Below, in pieces: positions 37,086 to 44,442 of a stretch of DNA of 52,032 nucleotides. Origin of the DNA: a virus. Lineage: Duplodnaviria; Caudoviricetes. The number at the start of each line of letters is the position of its first letter. The stretch's first letter is position 1. The DNA lies in the IMG/VR virus record IMGVR_UViG_3300032320_001353, positions 1 through 52,032 of that record; one strand, written 5' to 3'. The position numbers and the translations under genes were made by a program. The notes beneath the pieces were generated by a model that did no database searches, was not told the DNA's origin, and was given only the letters and a program-made list of their open reading frames with translations.

Positions 37086-37292
37086 TCAGGAAGAGCGTTG
37101 AAGTTTTGCAAAGACAGCCTCTCGCACTAGTGTGTCGGTGGCCTCAAGGAATGTGTCATTCTCGCTGATGGCTGAGAGCATTAGAAGCACTGACCTGTCA
37201 TGTAGCTGGTATTTGTCAACAAGCATGACAAGATCATGGATTAAGGCATCGCCCTGATCAGTGAGCATTTGGTAATCATGTGTATCAATCAT
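37086..37292 (-). CDS. Hypothetical early protein
   Basis: Bounded by SD cassettes; EATDTLVRE. Confidence 0.65.
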   Translation of the reverse strand: MIDTHDYQMLTDQGDALIHDLVMLVDKYQLHDRSVLLMLSAISENDTFLEATDTLVREAVFAKLQRSS

Positions 37293-37486
37293 TTTGTTTC
37301 CTTTAGGAAAGAGAGCAGGTCTTGCTGGTGGAGGGTAACAGTGAAACCAAGCTTGGACACACTCACCAACACCGAAGGTGCCAGTGTTTTTGTCCCAGCA
37401 ATGGAAGCAAAAAGCTTTGCTTTGTCGCAGATTGGGTAGAACTTTTCCACCCCATACACATTCTTAATTTCAATCACAATTTCCAT
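37289..37486 (-). CDS. Hypothetical early protein
   Basis: KNVYG...YPIC...FASIAGTKTL. Confidence 0.7.
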   Translation of the reverse strand: MEIVIEIKNVYGVEKFYPICDKAKLFASIAGTKTLAPSVLVSVSKLGFTVTLHQQDLLSFLKETK

Positions 37487-37496
37487 GTTGTTTCCT

Positions 37497-37685
37497 TTAG
37501 GAAGCTGGTTTATATTTAATCCACAAAGCCATGCTTTGTTTGCCCAAGCCCTGTTTGTTCAGGGCCATCATGGCTTGCATGATGCCATCATCTGATGCTT
37601 TGCCATCATAGTAAGCCTTGCCTTCGGCATATTGGAAGTGCCAATCATGCCGTTGAAGCATTGCTTCAAATATATCTAGCGTCAT
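37497..37685 (-). CDS. Hypothetical early protein
   Basis: LQRHDWHFQY; AGGAG SD. Confidence 0.6.
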   Translation of the reverse strand: MTLDIFEAMLQRHDWHFQYAEGKAYYDGKASDDGIMQAMMALNKQGLGKQSMALWIKYKPAS

Positions 37686-37857
37686 TTGTTTTCTCCTGCT
37701 CAGGTTCATTCAGTGCCTCAGTGAGGACATGGCCCATCACCACACCACCAGCCACAAGGCTGAACATCCACAGATAGCCACCTTCAAGCTGGCCCCATCC
37801 AATCATGATGAAGCACACTGCCATCAGGGTCATTACTATGTAATACAAAGCTCTCAT
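37666..37857 (-). CDS. Small two-TM membrane protein
   Basis: Two hydrophobic segments; SD cassette. Confidence 0.6.
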   Translation of the reverse strand: MRALYYIVMTLMAVCFIMIGWGQLEGGYLWMFSLVAGGVVMGHVLTEALNEPEQEKTNDARYI

Positions 37858-37876
37858 TTTCGTTTCCTTTCAGGAA

Positions 37877-38068
37877 TTAGTAGGTGAAGCCAGTGAATAC
37901 CTTCGTCATACCTTTCAGGTAAAGACAGCGGCTGATGTCTTCGACATCCTGTAGCTCAAATTTCTTGTTGGCGTAGCACCAGCCGTTAAATTTGTATACT
38001 TTTTTGCTATCTTCCTTGCGTTTCACATAGTCACCTTTGGTGACACAGAATAAGAAAAGAGGTTTCAT
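37877..38068 (-). CDS. Hypothetical early protein
   Basis: KGDYVKR...DISR...VFTGFTY. Confidence 0.65.
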   Translation of the reverse strand: MKPLFLFCVTKGDYVKRKEDSKKVYKFNGWCYANKKFELQDVEDISRCLYLKGMTKVFTGFTY

Positions 38069-38247
38069 TTTGTTTCCTTTTTGGAAGTGGTTGCAGACTC
38101 ATCCCAATCATTCCAATCTGGAATGTGAGGGTAATCAACCAGAGCATAAGCATCATCATGGGTATCACCACGATCATACCCATCCCATCGGGATGAGCAT
38201 GGTGCCGTGTCATTCATGTGCTCTTGGAGCTTGTCGTAATAATACAT
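38065..38247 (-). CDS. Hypothetical early protein
   Basis: Start set by the SD cassette. Confidence 0.55.
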   Translation of the reverse strand: MYYYDKLQEHMNDTAPCSSRWDGYDRGDTHDDAYALVDYPHIPDWNDWDESATTSKKETK

Positions 38248-38257
38248 TGTGTTTCCT

Positions 38258-38458
38258 TTAGGAAAAGCGATAAGAAATGGTAGACTGAAAGGCCCAATCA
38301 TCCGCTGTGCCTTTTGTTAGTGAAACTAACGAACCGAAGTCATCCATCGCATAAATTTCATTGTCTGTGTCCACCAAATACACACCGAAAAGTGGTAAGT
38401 GGTCAATCTTTGGTTCTAATTTCATCCCAGCGTCAAGCATTAAACTCTCGATTGACAT
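38258..38458 (-). CDS. Hypothetical early protein
   Basis: Start set by the SD cassette; AMDDFGSLV. Confidence 0.6.
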   Translation of the reverse strand: MSIESLMLDAGMKLEPKIDHLPLFGVYLVDTDNEIYAMDDFGSLVSLTKGTADDWAFQSTISYRFS

Positions 38459-38489
38459 TGTGTTTCCTTTCAGGAAGAGAAGCGACATA

Positions 38490-38809
38490 GCTTCTGAAAA
38501 TGTTTAACATATTAAACATTCACAGAAACCCACTGTCTAACACTCACCCAAGTGCCACAGTGGTTTGTCTCTCATACACATTTTCAATGCCATGTGTTAT
38601 GGCATGCATCACCTTACCCTCTGATGCTTGGGCTAGTCCATAGCAGTGATGTATACCTTGTCAGGATATACATCCTCACCGACACTAGCACTAAATTGTT
38701 AAAGAACATTCGACTGAAGCTTTGCTTCACAGCATGGCTTAAGCCTATAAAGAGACACGATGGCACTCTGCAAAGAAGGAAGCTATGCTTCCCTCTTCAC
38801 GGAAGGTCA
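38490..38809 (-). ncRNA. Candidate structured RNA / antitermination leader containing boxA
   Basis: At least six hairpins; TGTTCTTTAACAATTT at 38693-38708. Confidence 0.55.
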
Positions 38810-39559
38810 TCAAGCAATAGCTTGAATCGGTATCACCTTTCGATCAAACACAAAGCCTGTTTGATCAAGCTTCGCTTTACCCTTGGCATAAAGAGCAACC
38901 ACAATGCCTTTGGCATCAAGGTGGCGAACATCGCTCTTATCACCGCTTACCACTGTCAAACCCCTATGGGTTTCAGGGATTTCTTGTTCCTTTCGGAACA
39001 CCGAAGCAATCCGCATCCCTTTGGCAATCGCTATTTGAACGAATGGTTGAAAACCAGCCACACCGCTATCACTGAAAGTGAGATCGTAATTTAAGGGTAA
39101 ACCCTTACGATTGGCATCCTTGGTGTAGTCATAAAAGCTTACATCAGGGAAAACATCGAAGATGTTGTCATAAGCCACACCATCAACTGTCAAACCTATG
39201 GTTTCCCAGCGAATGTCACTGGTGCCATTCAGTCTAACCAAAGGCTGTAAGCCTTGCTTGTGAGCTTTGGCAATCAATCGCTTGATATCAACAACAAGTT
39301 GTTGCATGAAGCTGTCTCGCTCTTCAAAGAACCAGATCGTTTTGTTAACCCTTGCCGTTTGGACAGAGCTAAAAGCTCCACGACCAGCACTGTAAAGGCA
39401 AGCCTTGTCACATTGAGCAACTTTAGCCATTGAACAAGTGTTCCACTTGGTGGTGGTGGCTGGAGCAAGGTATAAGATACCAGTGAGAAACCCAAGGGTT
39501 TCGCCTTTCACAGTTTTGGCATCACTACTGATGCTAAGCAAAGCTTTAGACTTGAACAT
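38810..39559 (-). CDS. Gp88-like protein (Cys-triad, radical-SAM-like motif)
   Basis: C-x7-C-x3-C, RLNGTSD, FYDYTK and YDLTFS; start MFKSK set by the SD cassette. Confidence 0.7.
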   Translation of the reverse strand: MFKSKALLSISSDAKTVKGETLGFLTGILYLAPATTTKWNTCSMAKVAQCDKACLYSAGRGAFSSVQTARVNKTIWFFEERDSFMQQLVVDIKRLIAKAHKQGLQPLVRLNGTSDIRWETIGLTVDGVAYDNIFDVFPDVSFYDYTKDANRKGLPLNYDLTFSDSGVAGFQPFVQIAIAKGMRIASVFRKEQEIPETHRGLTVVSGDKSDVRHLDAKGIVVALYAKGKAKLDQTGFVFDRKVIPIQAIA

Positions 39560-39606
39560 GATGTGTTTCCTTTCAGGAAGCTGGCAAAATCGCCGTTTCG
39601 GTTTCA

Positions 39607-39636
39607 ATTGTAAAGACACCGCAACGAAGCTGTCGA
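39607..39636 (-). promoter_or_regulatory. Probable major early sigma70 promoter
   Basis: TCGACA-N18-TACAAT upstream of the first early gene. Confidence 0.55.
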
Positions 39637-39683
39637 TTAGGACAAACCCTTAGTGGCGGCACTTTTCATTTCAGTTTTCCTTT

Positions 39684-39769
39684 CATGTCTTTTATTTAAC
39701 TTAGAGAAAAAGAATTTCCTTTTCTCATACTGATGAAAAGGATTCTTTTTCTGTTAAATAAAAGACATG
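39684..39769. repeat. 86-bp imperfect inverted repeat
   Basis: CATGTCTTTTATTTAAC/GTTAAATAAAAGACATG (17 bp perfect) plus an inner 11-bp arm. Confidence 0.9.
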
Positions 39770-39792
39770 GGGTTGGGCGCATATACGCAGAT

Positions 39793-39862
39793 CTTTTTTA
39801 TTTTTAGCTTTTTAAGATGCCAGCAAAGCTGTCATATAAAAAGCGTTAAAAAAATAAAAAAG
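39793..39862. repeat. 70-bp imperfect inverted repeat
   Basis: CTTTTTTATTTTTAGCTTTTTA...CAGC-AAA-GCTG...TAAAAAGCGTTAAAAAAATAAAAAAG. Confidence 0.8.
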
Positions 39863-39879
39863 CAAAAGAGCCGCTGGAT

Positions 39880-39980
39880 AAGGGAAACCCCTAATGGTGC
39901 AAACCCTGTAACACTTTTGCCGTCTAGGGAAAACCCTGTAATGCTTTTGAGGGAAGGGAAAACCCTGTAACACTTTTGGA
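39880..39980. repeat. About 30-bp tandem repeats AAACCCTGTAA(CA/TG)CTTTTG with AGGG-N4-CCCT palindromes
   Basis: Copies at 39901, 39931 and 39960. Confidence 0.85.
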
Positions 39981-40816
39981 TAAGGGGTAGGGGATATCGG
40001 GGATAAGTATATACCACCACTTTAGTATTAGGGTTCTGCCTCAAAATTAACCCTAATTTTACCTTACTTTAGTAAACCCCAGATATTCGATCACATTACA
40101 CTATAGTGTAAGCTGTTGATTTTGCTGAAGATATTTCACTATAGGTGAAATCAGTGCGCCTGCATTACATCACCTAGCGCAGGGCTAGGCATTATGCAGG
40201 GCTGTGGGCGCTGCGCTGGCGAGGCTGTGGGGGCGGCGTGGGCCACCGGGGGGTATGGCGCTAGTTGTATATGCATACGCCCACAGAAGTGATATTTTAA
40301 CTTAGTAGTAATAAAGTAGTACATCTACACCACTCTACACCATGATATATAATTCCTATCATCTTCCCATATCGATAGCTTTATGCTATAATGATTTAAA
40401 CAGGCTACAACACCTGTCTCCAGTTTATAGCACCTACCCCCTTAACAACAAGAGAAGATGCTTGTAAACAGGCTCTAAAGCCGTTTAAATGGCATTTGGA
40501 ATGGAAGAGCACCTCGACTAGTTATATGAAAGAAGAAGAAGAAAACAAAGCTTGACAACACCCAACAAAGCATGTAATACTATGGGGGGTAAGGGGGGTG
40601 ATATAGATGATATAGTTGTTAAAGCTTAAGTTGTTATAAGTATATAATAGCTTTATAACACTACTTATGTTAATTACCTATAATATGTTATAAACCTATA
40701 AAGACACTATTTACTACTTAATATCATATTATGAAAAAGACTATTAATATGTTTATTCTTTAACATCTATAAAATAGGTATGCTTCTATACATTGTTATC
40801 AATAATTAAAACCAAG

Positions 40817-41086
40817 ATGAAAAAGCCTTCTGTAAGTTTGTTATCAACCAAAGCCCATTTAGAATCTATTGGACTGTTATCATTAAAGCCCTATTCAGTG
40901 GTGGTAGATGTCTATGCAGCCATGCACAGAGGTAACATTGATAACATCCACATTCCCCATAGTGATGTCTATTTTGTAAGAACAGCTTTGGAGAAACATA
41001 CAGGCTATTGGTTTCCTCTTGATGCTGTTGAAAAAGCAATGGTGGCTGAGGGCTGGAGAGATAGAAAAGGAAATAGATATGGATAA
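40817..41086 (+). CDS. Hypothetical protein
   Basis: HIPHSDVYFVR...AMVAEGW; first gene of the + arm. Confidence 0.65.
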   Translation: MKKPSVSLLSTKAHLESIGLLSLKPYSVVVDVYAAMHRGNIDNIHIPHSDVYFVRTALEKHTGYWFPLDAVEKAMVAEGWRDRKGNRYG

Positions 41087-41258
41087 GAAGTCTACGGTTA
41101 ATGCTGCTGGTAATTATACAAAACCAACAATGAGAAAAGCATTGGTGGCTAAGGTGAAGGCTGGCACAAAGGGTGGTAATCCGGGTGAGTGGTCGGCTAG
41201 AAAAAGTCAAATTGTTGCTAAGGAATATAAAGCAAAAGGTGGTGGCTACCGTGATTAA
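41079..41258 (+). CDS. Small basic hypothetical protein
   Basis: NYTKPTMRK...GEWSARKSQ...YKAKGGGY; AAGGA SD. Confidence 0.7.
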   Translation: MDKKSTVNAAGNYTKPTMRKALVAKVKAGTKGGNPGEWSARKSQIVAKEYKAKGGGYRD

Positions 41259-41484
41259 ACCCTCTCAAAAGTCGTTAAAGGAATGGACTGAGCAGAAATG
41301 GACAACCAGCGATGGGAGTCCTTCAAAGGGAAAGAAGAGATATCTTCCTGAGGCTGCTTGGAAGAGTTTGTCTGCTCAGGAGAAAGCTGCCACAAATAAA
41401 GCTAAGGCTGCTGGTAACAAGCAAGGCAAGCAGTTTGTTGCTCAGCCAAAGGCCATAGCAAGAAAGGTAGCGAAATATAGATGA
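41251..41484 (+). CDS. Small basic hypothetical protein
   Basis: GTG start; SLKEWTEQKW...RYLP...KQFVAQP. Confidence 0.7.
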   Translation: MIKPSQKSLKEWTEQKWTTSDGSPSKGKKRYLPEAAWKSLSAQEKAATNKAKAAGNKQGKQFVAQPKAIARKVAKYR

Positions 41485-41789
41485 CTATTGAATACAGGGG
41501 TAAAACCTTTGAAGGCTATAATAAGCCTAAGAAATCAGACAAGCCAGAAAAGAAGATGATGGTGCTGGCAAAAGAAGGAAGTGTGGTAAAACTCATTCAC
41601 TTCGGGGATGCTTCTATGGGACACAATTATTCTCCAGAAGCAAGGGCTAGTTTTAAAGCAAGGCATGCTGAGAACATTGCTAAAGGGAAAATGAGTGCTG
41701 CTTATTGGGCTAATAAGGAGCTTTGGGCTGGAGGTGGTGGTAGTGTTAAACAACCCCCTAAAGGTCAGAAACAGAAGTTTGGAAAATAA
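41481..41789 (+). CDS. Small basic hypothetical protein
   Basis: GYNKPK...LIHFGD...SFKARH...SAAYWA. Confidence 0.75.
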   Translation: MTIEYRGKTFEGYNKPKKSDKPEKKMMVLAKEGSVVKLIHFGDASMGHNYSPEARASFKARHAENIAKGKMSAAYWANKELWAGGGGSVKQPPKGQKQKFGK

Positions 41790-42256
41790 TGGCTACAAGT
41801 AAAGGCAGCAAAAGAGGCATTGATGAGCAGCAGCTAGAAGGCGGTGGTGGAGGTAGTGGTATTTCTGGCACCAAGTGGAGCAGCATGCCTTCTCTTAAAA
41901 GCAATGCCAGCACTATGGATGACTTAAAGAAAATAGTCTCTGAACCAAATACAAAGCTTAAGGGTGCTGCAAAGGCAGCTAAAGAAGAAGCCATTGACAG
42001 AGCCATCACCAGAACTGCTGTTAGGGCTGGGGCTGCTGGCGCTGCTGGAGCCGCTGTGGCTTCTAGCATAGGTGGTGCTACAGCCACTGAAGGTAGGCAA
42101 AGCAACGGCAGCGATAACGAATTTATGGGATCTGCTAAGAGAGACTCGGGAAATCCCACAGAATACTCAGGAACTGGTATGGCTAAGGGTGGTATGGTTA
42201 ACAAGAAGAAGATGGCATACAATGCTGTGTATATGGGTAAAGACAAAAGGAAATAA
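41789..42256 (+). CDS. Hypothetical protein with MAKGG tag
   Basis: TAATG coupling; 155 aa. Confidence 0.65.
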   Translation: MATSKGSKRGIDEQQLEGGGGGSGISGTKWSSMPSLKSNASTMDDLKKIVSEPNTKLKGAAKAAKEEAIDRAITRTAVRAGAAGAAGAAVASSIGGATATEGRQSNGSDNEFMGSAKRDSGNPTEYSGTGMAKGGMVNKKKMAYNAVYMGKDKRK

Positions 42257-42258
42257 TT

Positions 42259-42558
42259 ATGGCAACAGACGCAGAGAAAGTTAAGAAATATAGAGACATG
42301 GCTGAGGATAAAACCATCCCTCAAGATGTTAGAAACACCTACCTAGACAAGGCCAATGCCATTGAGCTTAAATCCTTTGAAGACTACAAAGCTGGTGGCA
42401 CACAGACCAATAAGCCTTCCAATGCTCCTGCTTCTGCAACAAAGAAGAAAGAGATGGCTAAGGGTGGTTATGCCACCAAGAAGCCTATGATGATGAATAA
42501 GGGTGGCTATGCCAACTGTGGAGCTTCTATGGCTCCTCAACAAAAAGCTAAGAAATGA
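42259..42558 (+). CDS. Hypothetical protein with MAKGG/MNKGG tags
   Basis: AAGGA SD; 99 aa. Confidence 0.65.
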   Translation: MATDAEKVKKYRDMAEDKTIPQDVRNTYLDKANAIELKSFEDYKAGGTQTNKPSNAPASATKKKEMAKGGYATKKPMMMNKGGYANCGASMAPQQKAKK

Positions 42559-43049
42559 AACTTCCAGTAAAATATTCAACAGATCAAAAGCTAAGGGCTT
42601 TGTCTTTGAAATCTAAGGATAGATCATTACCTTTTAGTGAGAGGTCGCAAGCTGAAGACCAATATGAAGCTTTAGCATCTAAAGAGTATGCTAAAGGTGG
42701 TGTTATTAAGAAGGAAACTATTATGGCAACGAAGAAAATGTCTGAGTATGGTGGTAAAGAAATGTATGCTTCTAAGGCTGCAATGATGAAGCATGAGAAG
42801 AAAGAACCCATGAAGATGGAAAAGAAAGAAGCCATGATGGCTAAGGGTGGTATGACCAAGAAGCCTGTGCTTGCCATTATGATTGGAATGGGTAAGCCTA
42901 AGAAAGACATGGCTAAAGGTGGTATGGCTAAGAAGGGCTATGCCGCTGGTGGTATGGCTATGGTTGAAAAAGATGGGAAGAAAGTACCAGCTTTTGCCGC
43001 TGATGGTGTTGGCAAAATGGCTAAAGGTGGCATGACTAAGAAGAAATAA
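42555..43049 (+). CDS. Met/Lys-rich protein with five AxGG tags (possible internal start at 42723)
   Basis: YAKGG, MAKGG x3 and YAAGG; an AAGGA SD precedes the internal MATKK. Confidence 0.7.
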   Translation: MKLPVKYSTDQKLRALSLKSKDRSLPFSERSQAEDQYEALASKEYAKGGVIKKETIMATKKMSEYGGKEMYASKAAMMKHEKKEPMKMEKKEAMMAKGGMTKKPVLAIMIGMGKPKKDMAKGGMAKKGYAAGGMAMVEKDGKKVPAFAADGVGKMAKGGMTKKK

Positions 43050-43050
43050 T

Positions 43051-43215
43051 ATGGCTACACAATTAACAAAGAAACAAACTGCTAAGGTTGGTAAGGTTAT
43101 GCGTGAGTTTAAGGCTAAGGGGCTGCACAGCGGTAAAGGTGGCCCCGTGGTTAAAAACCCAAAGCAAGCTGTAGCCATTGCTTTGTCTGAAGCTTCTAGA
43201 ATGAAGAAGAAGTAA
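43051..43215 (+). CDS. DUF6496-like small basic protein (54 aa)
   Basis: KVMREFK..GLHSGKGG.VVKNPKQAVAIALSEA. Confidence 0.75.
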   Translation: MATQLTKKQTAKVGKVMREFKAKGLHSGKGGPVVKNPKQAVAIALSEASRMKKK

Positions 43216-43565
43216 TGGCAGATTTTAAGTCTAAAACATATAACATAGCATGCATTGTGAGAGATCAAGTGTATACGCTATATACATGTCCCCAAAATTG
43301 TAGAGCACATATGAATTTGTTGTACATAGCTAATGCTTCAACAACAACCCCTGCCATTACTATTGAATGGGAAAGAGCCAATGGTTCTCATATGCACATC
43401 ATTGGGGATAAAAACATGACTGCTGGAGAAACCATTCAATGGTCAGGCAACTACATTGTATTTGAAGCTGGAGATACTATGACAGCTACAGCAAGTGCTC
43501 ATGCTAGCCCACACATTGATGTCTTGTGTACTGTAGAAGAATTCTTCTTAGCTAACAGAGCATAA
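43215..43565 (+). CDS. Hypothetical (probably structural) protein
   Basis: LYTCP...IAN...FEAGD beta-rich pattern. Confidence 0.65.
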   Translation: MADFKSKTYNIACIVRDQVYTLYTCPQNCRAHMNLLYIANASTTTPAITIEWERANGSHMHIIGDKNMTAGETIQWSGNYIVFEAGDTMTATASAHASPHIDVLCTVEEFFLANRA

Positions 43566-43583
43566 TAATTAGAAAGAAATAAA

Positions 43584-43955
43584 ATGGCTAAAGAACTGAC
43601 AGACAAACACAAGAAGTTTCTTGATGTTTTATTTGATGAGGCTGGTGGCAATGCCACAGCAGCTAAGCGTCTTGCTGGCTTTTCTGATGGCTATAGCACC
43701 AGAGAAATCACCAACTTCTTGAAAGAAGAAATTGTAGAAGCCACCCAGCTTTATATTGCCATGAATGCTCCTAAGGCGGCTAGAGCCATTGTTGATGGTA
43801 TAATGTCCCCCACTGAGCTTGGTATTAAAGAGAAGCTGAATGCTGCTAAAGATTTGTTGGACAGGGCTGGCTTTGTTAAGACAGACAAGGTGCAGGTTGA
43901 AACTAATAACGGCATTATGATTTTGCCAGCAAAGGATAGAGCGGAAGAGGATTGA
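43584..43955 (+). CDS. Putative terminase small subunit
   Basis: LTDKHKKFL...AKRLAGFS HTH, AAKDLLDRAG and ILPAK; upstream of terL. Confidence 0.6.
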   Translation: MAKELTDKHKKFLDVLFDEAGGNATAAKRLAGFSDGYSTREITNFLKEEIVEATQLYIAMNAPKAARAIVDGIMSPTELGIKEKLNAAKDLLDRAGFVKTDKVQVETNNGIMILPAKDRAEED

Positions 43956-43956
43956 T

Positions 43957-44442
43957 ATGGACAGAGGTGTTGGTAAGTGGATATTGCCTCAGCCAGATAA
44001 CAGAGTGGAATATATACCAATCCCGATGATGGGAACATTGGCTCCATTTGGTTATAAAATAGATGAAGAAAGAGAAGGATGGCTTATTCCCATTCAATCA
44101 GAACTAGATGCTTTAGAAAAAGCTAAGAAGCATTTAAAACAATATGGATTGAGGGCTGTTGCTGCTTGGTTGTCAACAGCTACAGGTAGGCCAATATCCC
44201 ACGCAGGACTTAATAACAGATTAAAATATGAGCAGTCGTACAAGAGAAGAGCTAAAGCTTACCGCAAGCTTGCCCAAGGGTACGAAGAAGCCCTTAGGAA
44301 GGCCGAAGCGTACGAAAGAAGAGCCAACACCACAGCAGAAAGCTACTTCGACTCAGAAGAATACAGAAGGGTTAGAAACACCTTCTCTGATGATAGTGAC
44401 AGAGCCGATAGCTGCTCAGCAAAATGTAATATTCAAGCCTAA
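43957..44442 (+). CDS. Hypothetical DNA-binding protein
   Basis: PFGY...LRAVAAWLS..TGR.ISH.GL; GAGG SD; overlaps the terL 5' end. Confidence 0.65.
   Translation: MDRGVGKWILPQPDNRVEYIPIPMMGTLAPFGYKIDEEREGWLIPIQSELDALEKAKKHLKQYGLRAVAAWLSTATGRPISHAGLNNRLKYEQSYKRRAKAYRKLAQGYEEALRKAEAYERRANTTAESYFDSEEYRRVRNTFSDDSDRADSCSAKCNIQA

Larger units (their letters stand above)
33721..39579 (-). repeat. About 14 dispersed copies of the TTCCT(G)AAAGGAAACAAAATG translation cassette
   Basis: Exact TTCCTGAAAGGAAA at 34894, 36909, 37079, 37863, 38463 and 39566; TTCCTAAAGGAAA at 37298, 37491 and 38252; weaker copies elsewhere. Confidence 0.9.

Noticed and set aside
38600-38650. Twister ribozyme (CCCAAGC and GAGGG words on the minus strand)
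   Set aside because: There is no P4 stem closing the CCCAAGC loop and no P1 stem between GAGGG and TAA, so the topology fails by eye.
39880-39980. CRISPR array or mini-array
   Set aside because: The repeat is about 19 nt with only about 11-nt variable parts, and there are no cas genes. It fits operator or iteron repeats better.
40099-40144. T7/SP6-type phage promoters (CACTATAG)
   Set aside because: No single-subunit RNAP gene is present in the complete early arm, the upstream specificity regions differ, and the motif does not recur before late genes.
40552-40580. Sigma70 promoter for the late arm (TTGACA at 40552)
   Set aside because: The -10 at 17-nt spacing is TAATAC, a weak match. It is plausible but not supported enough to list.
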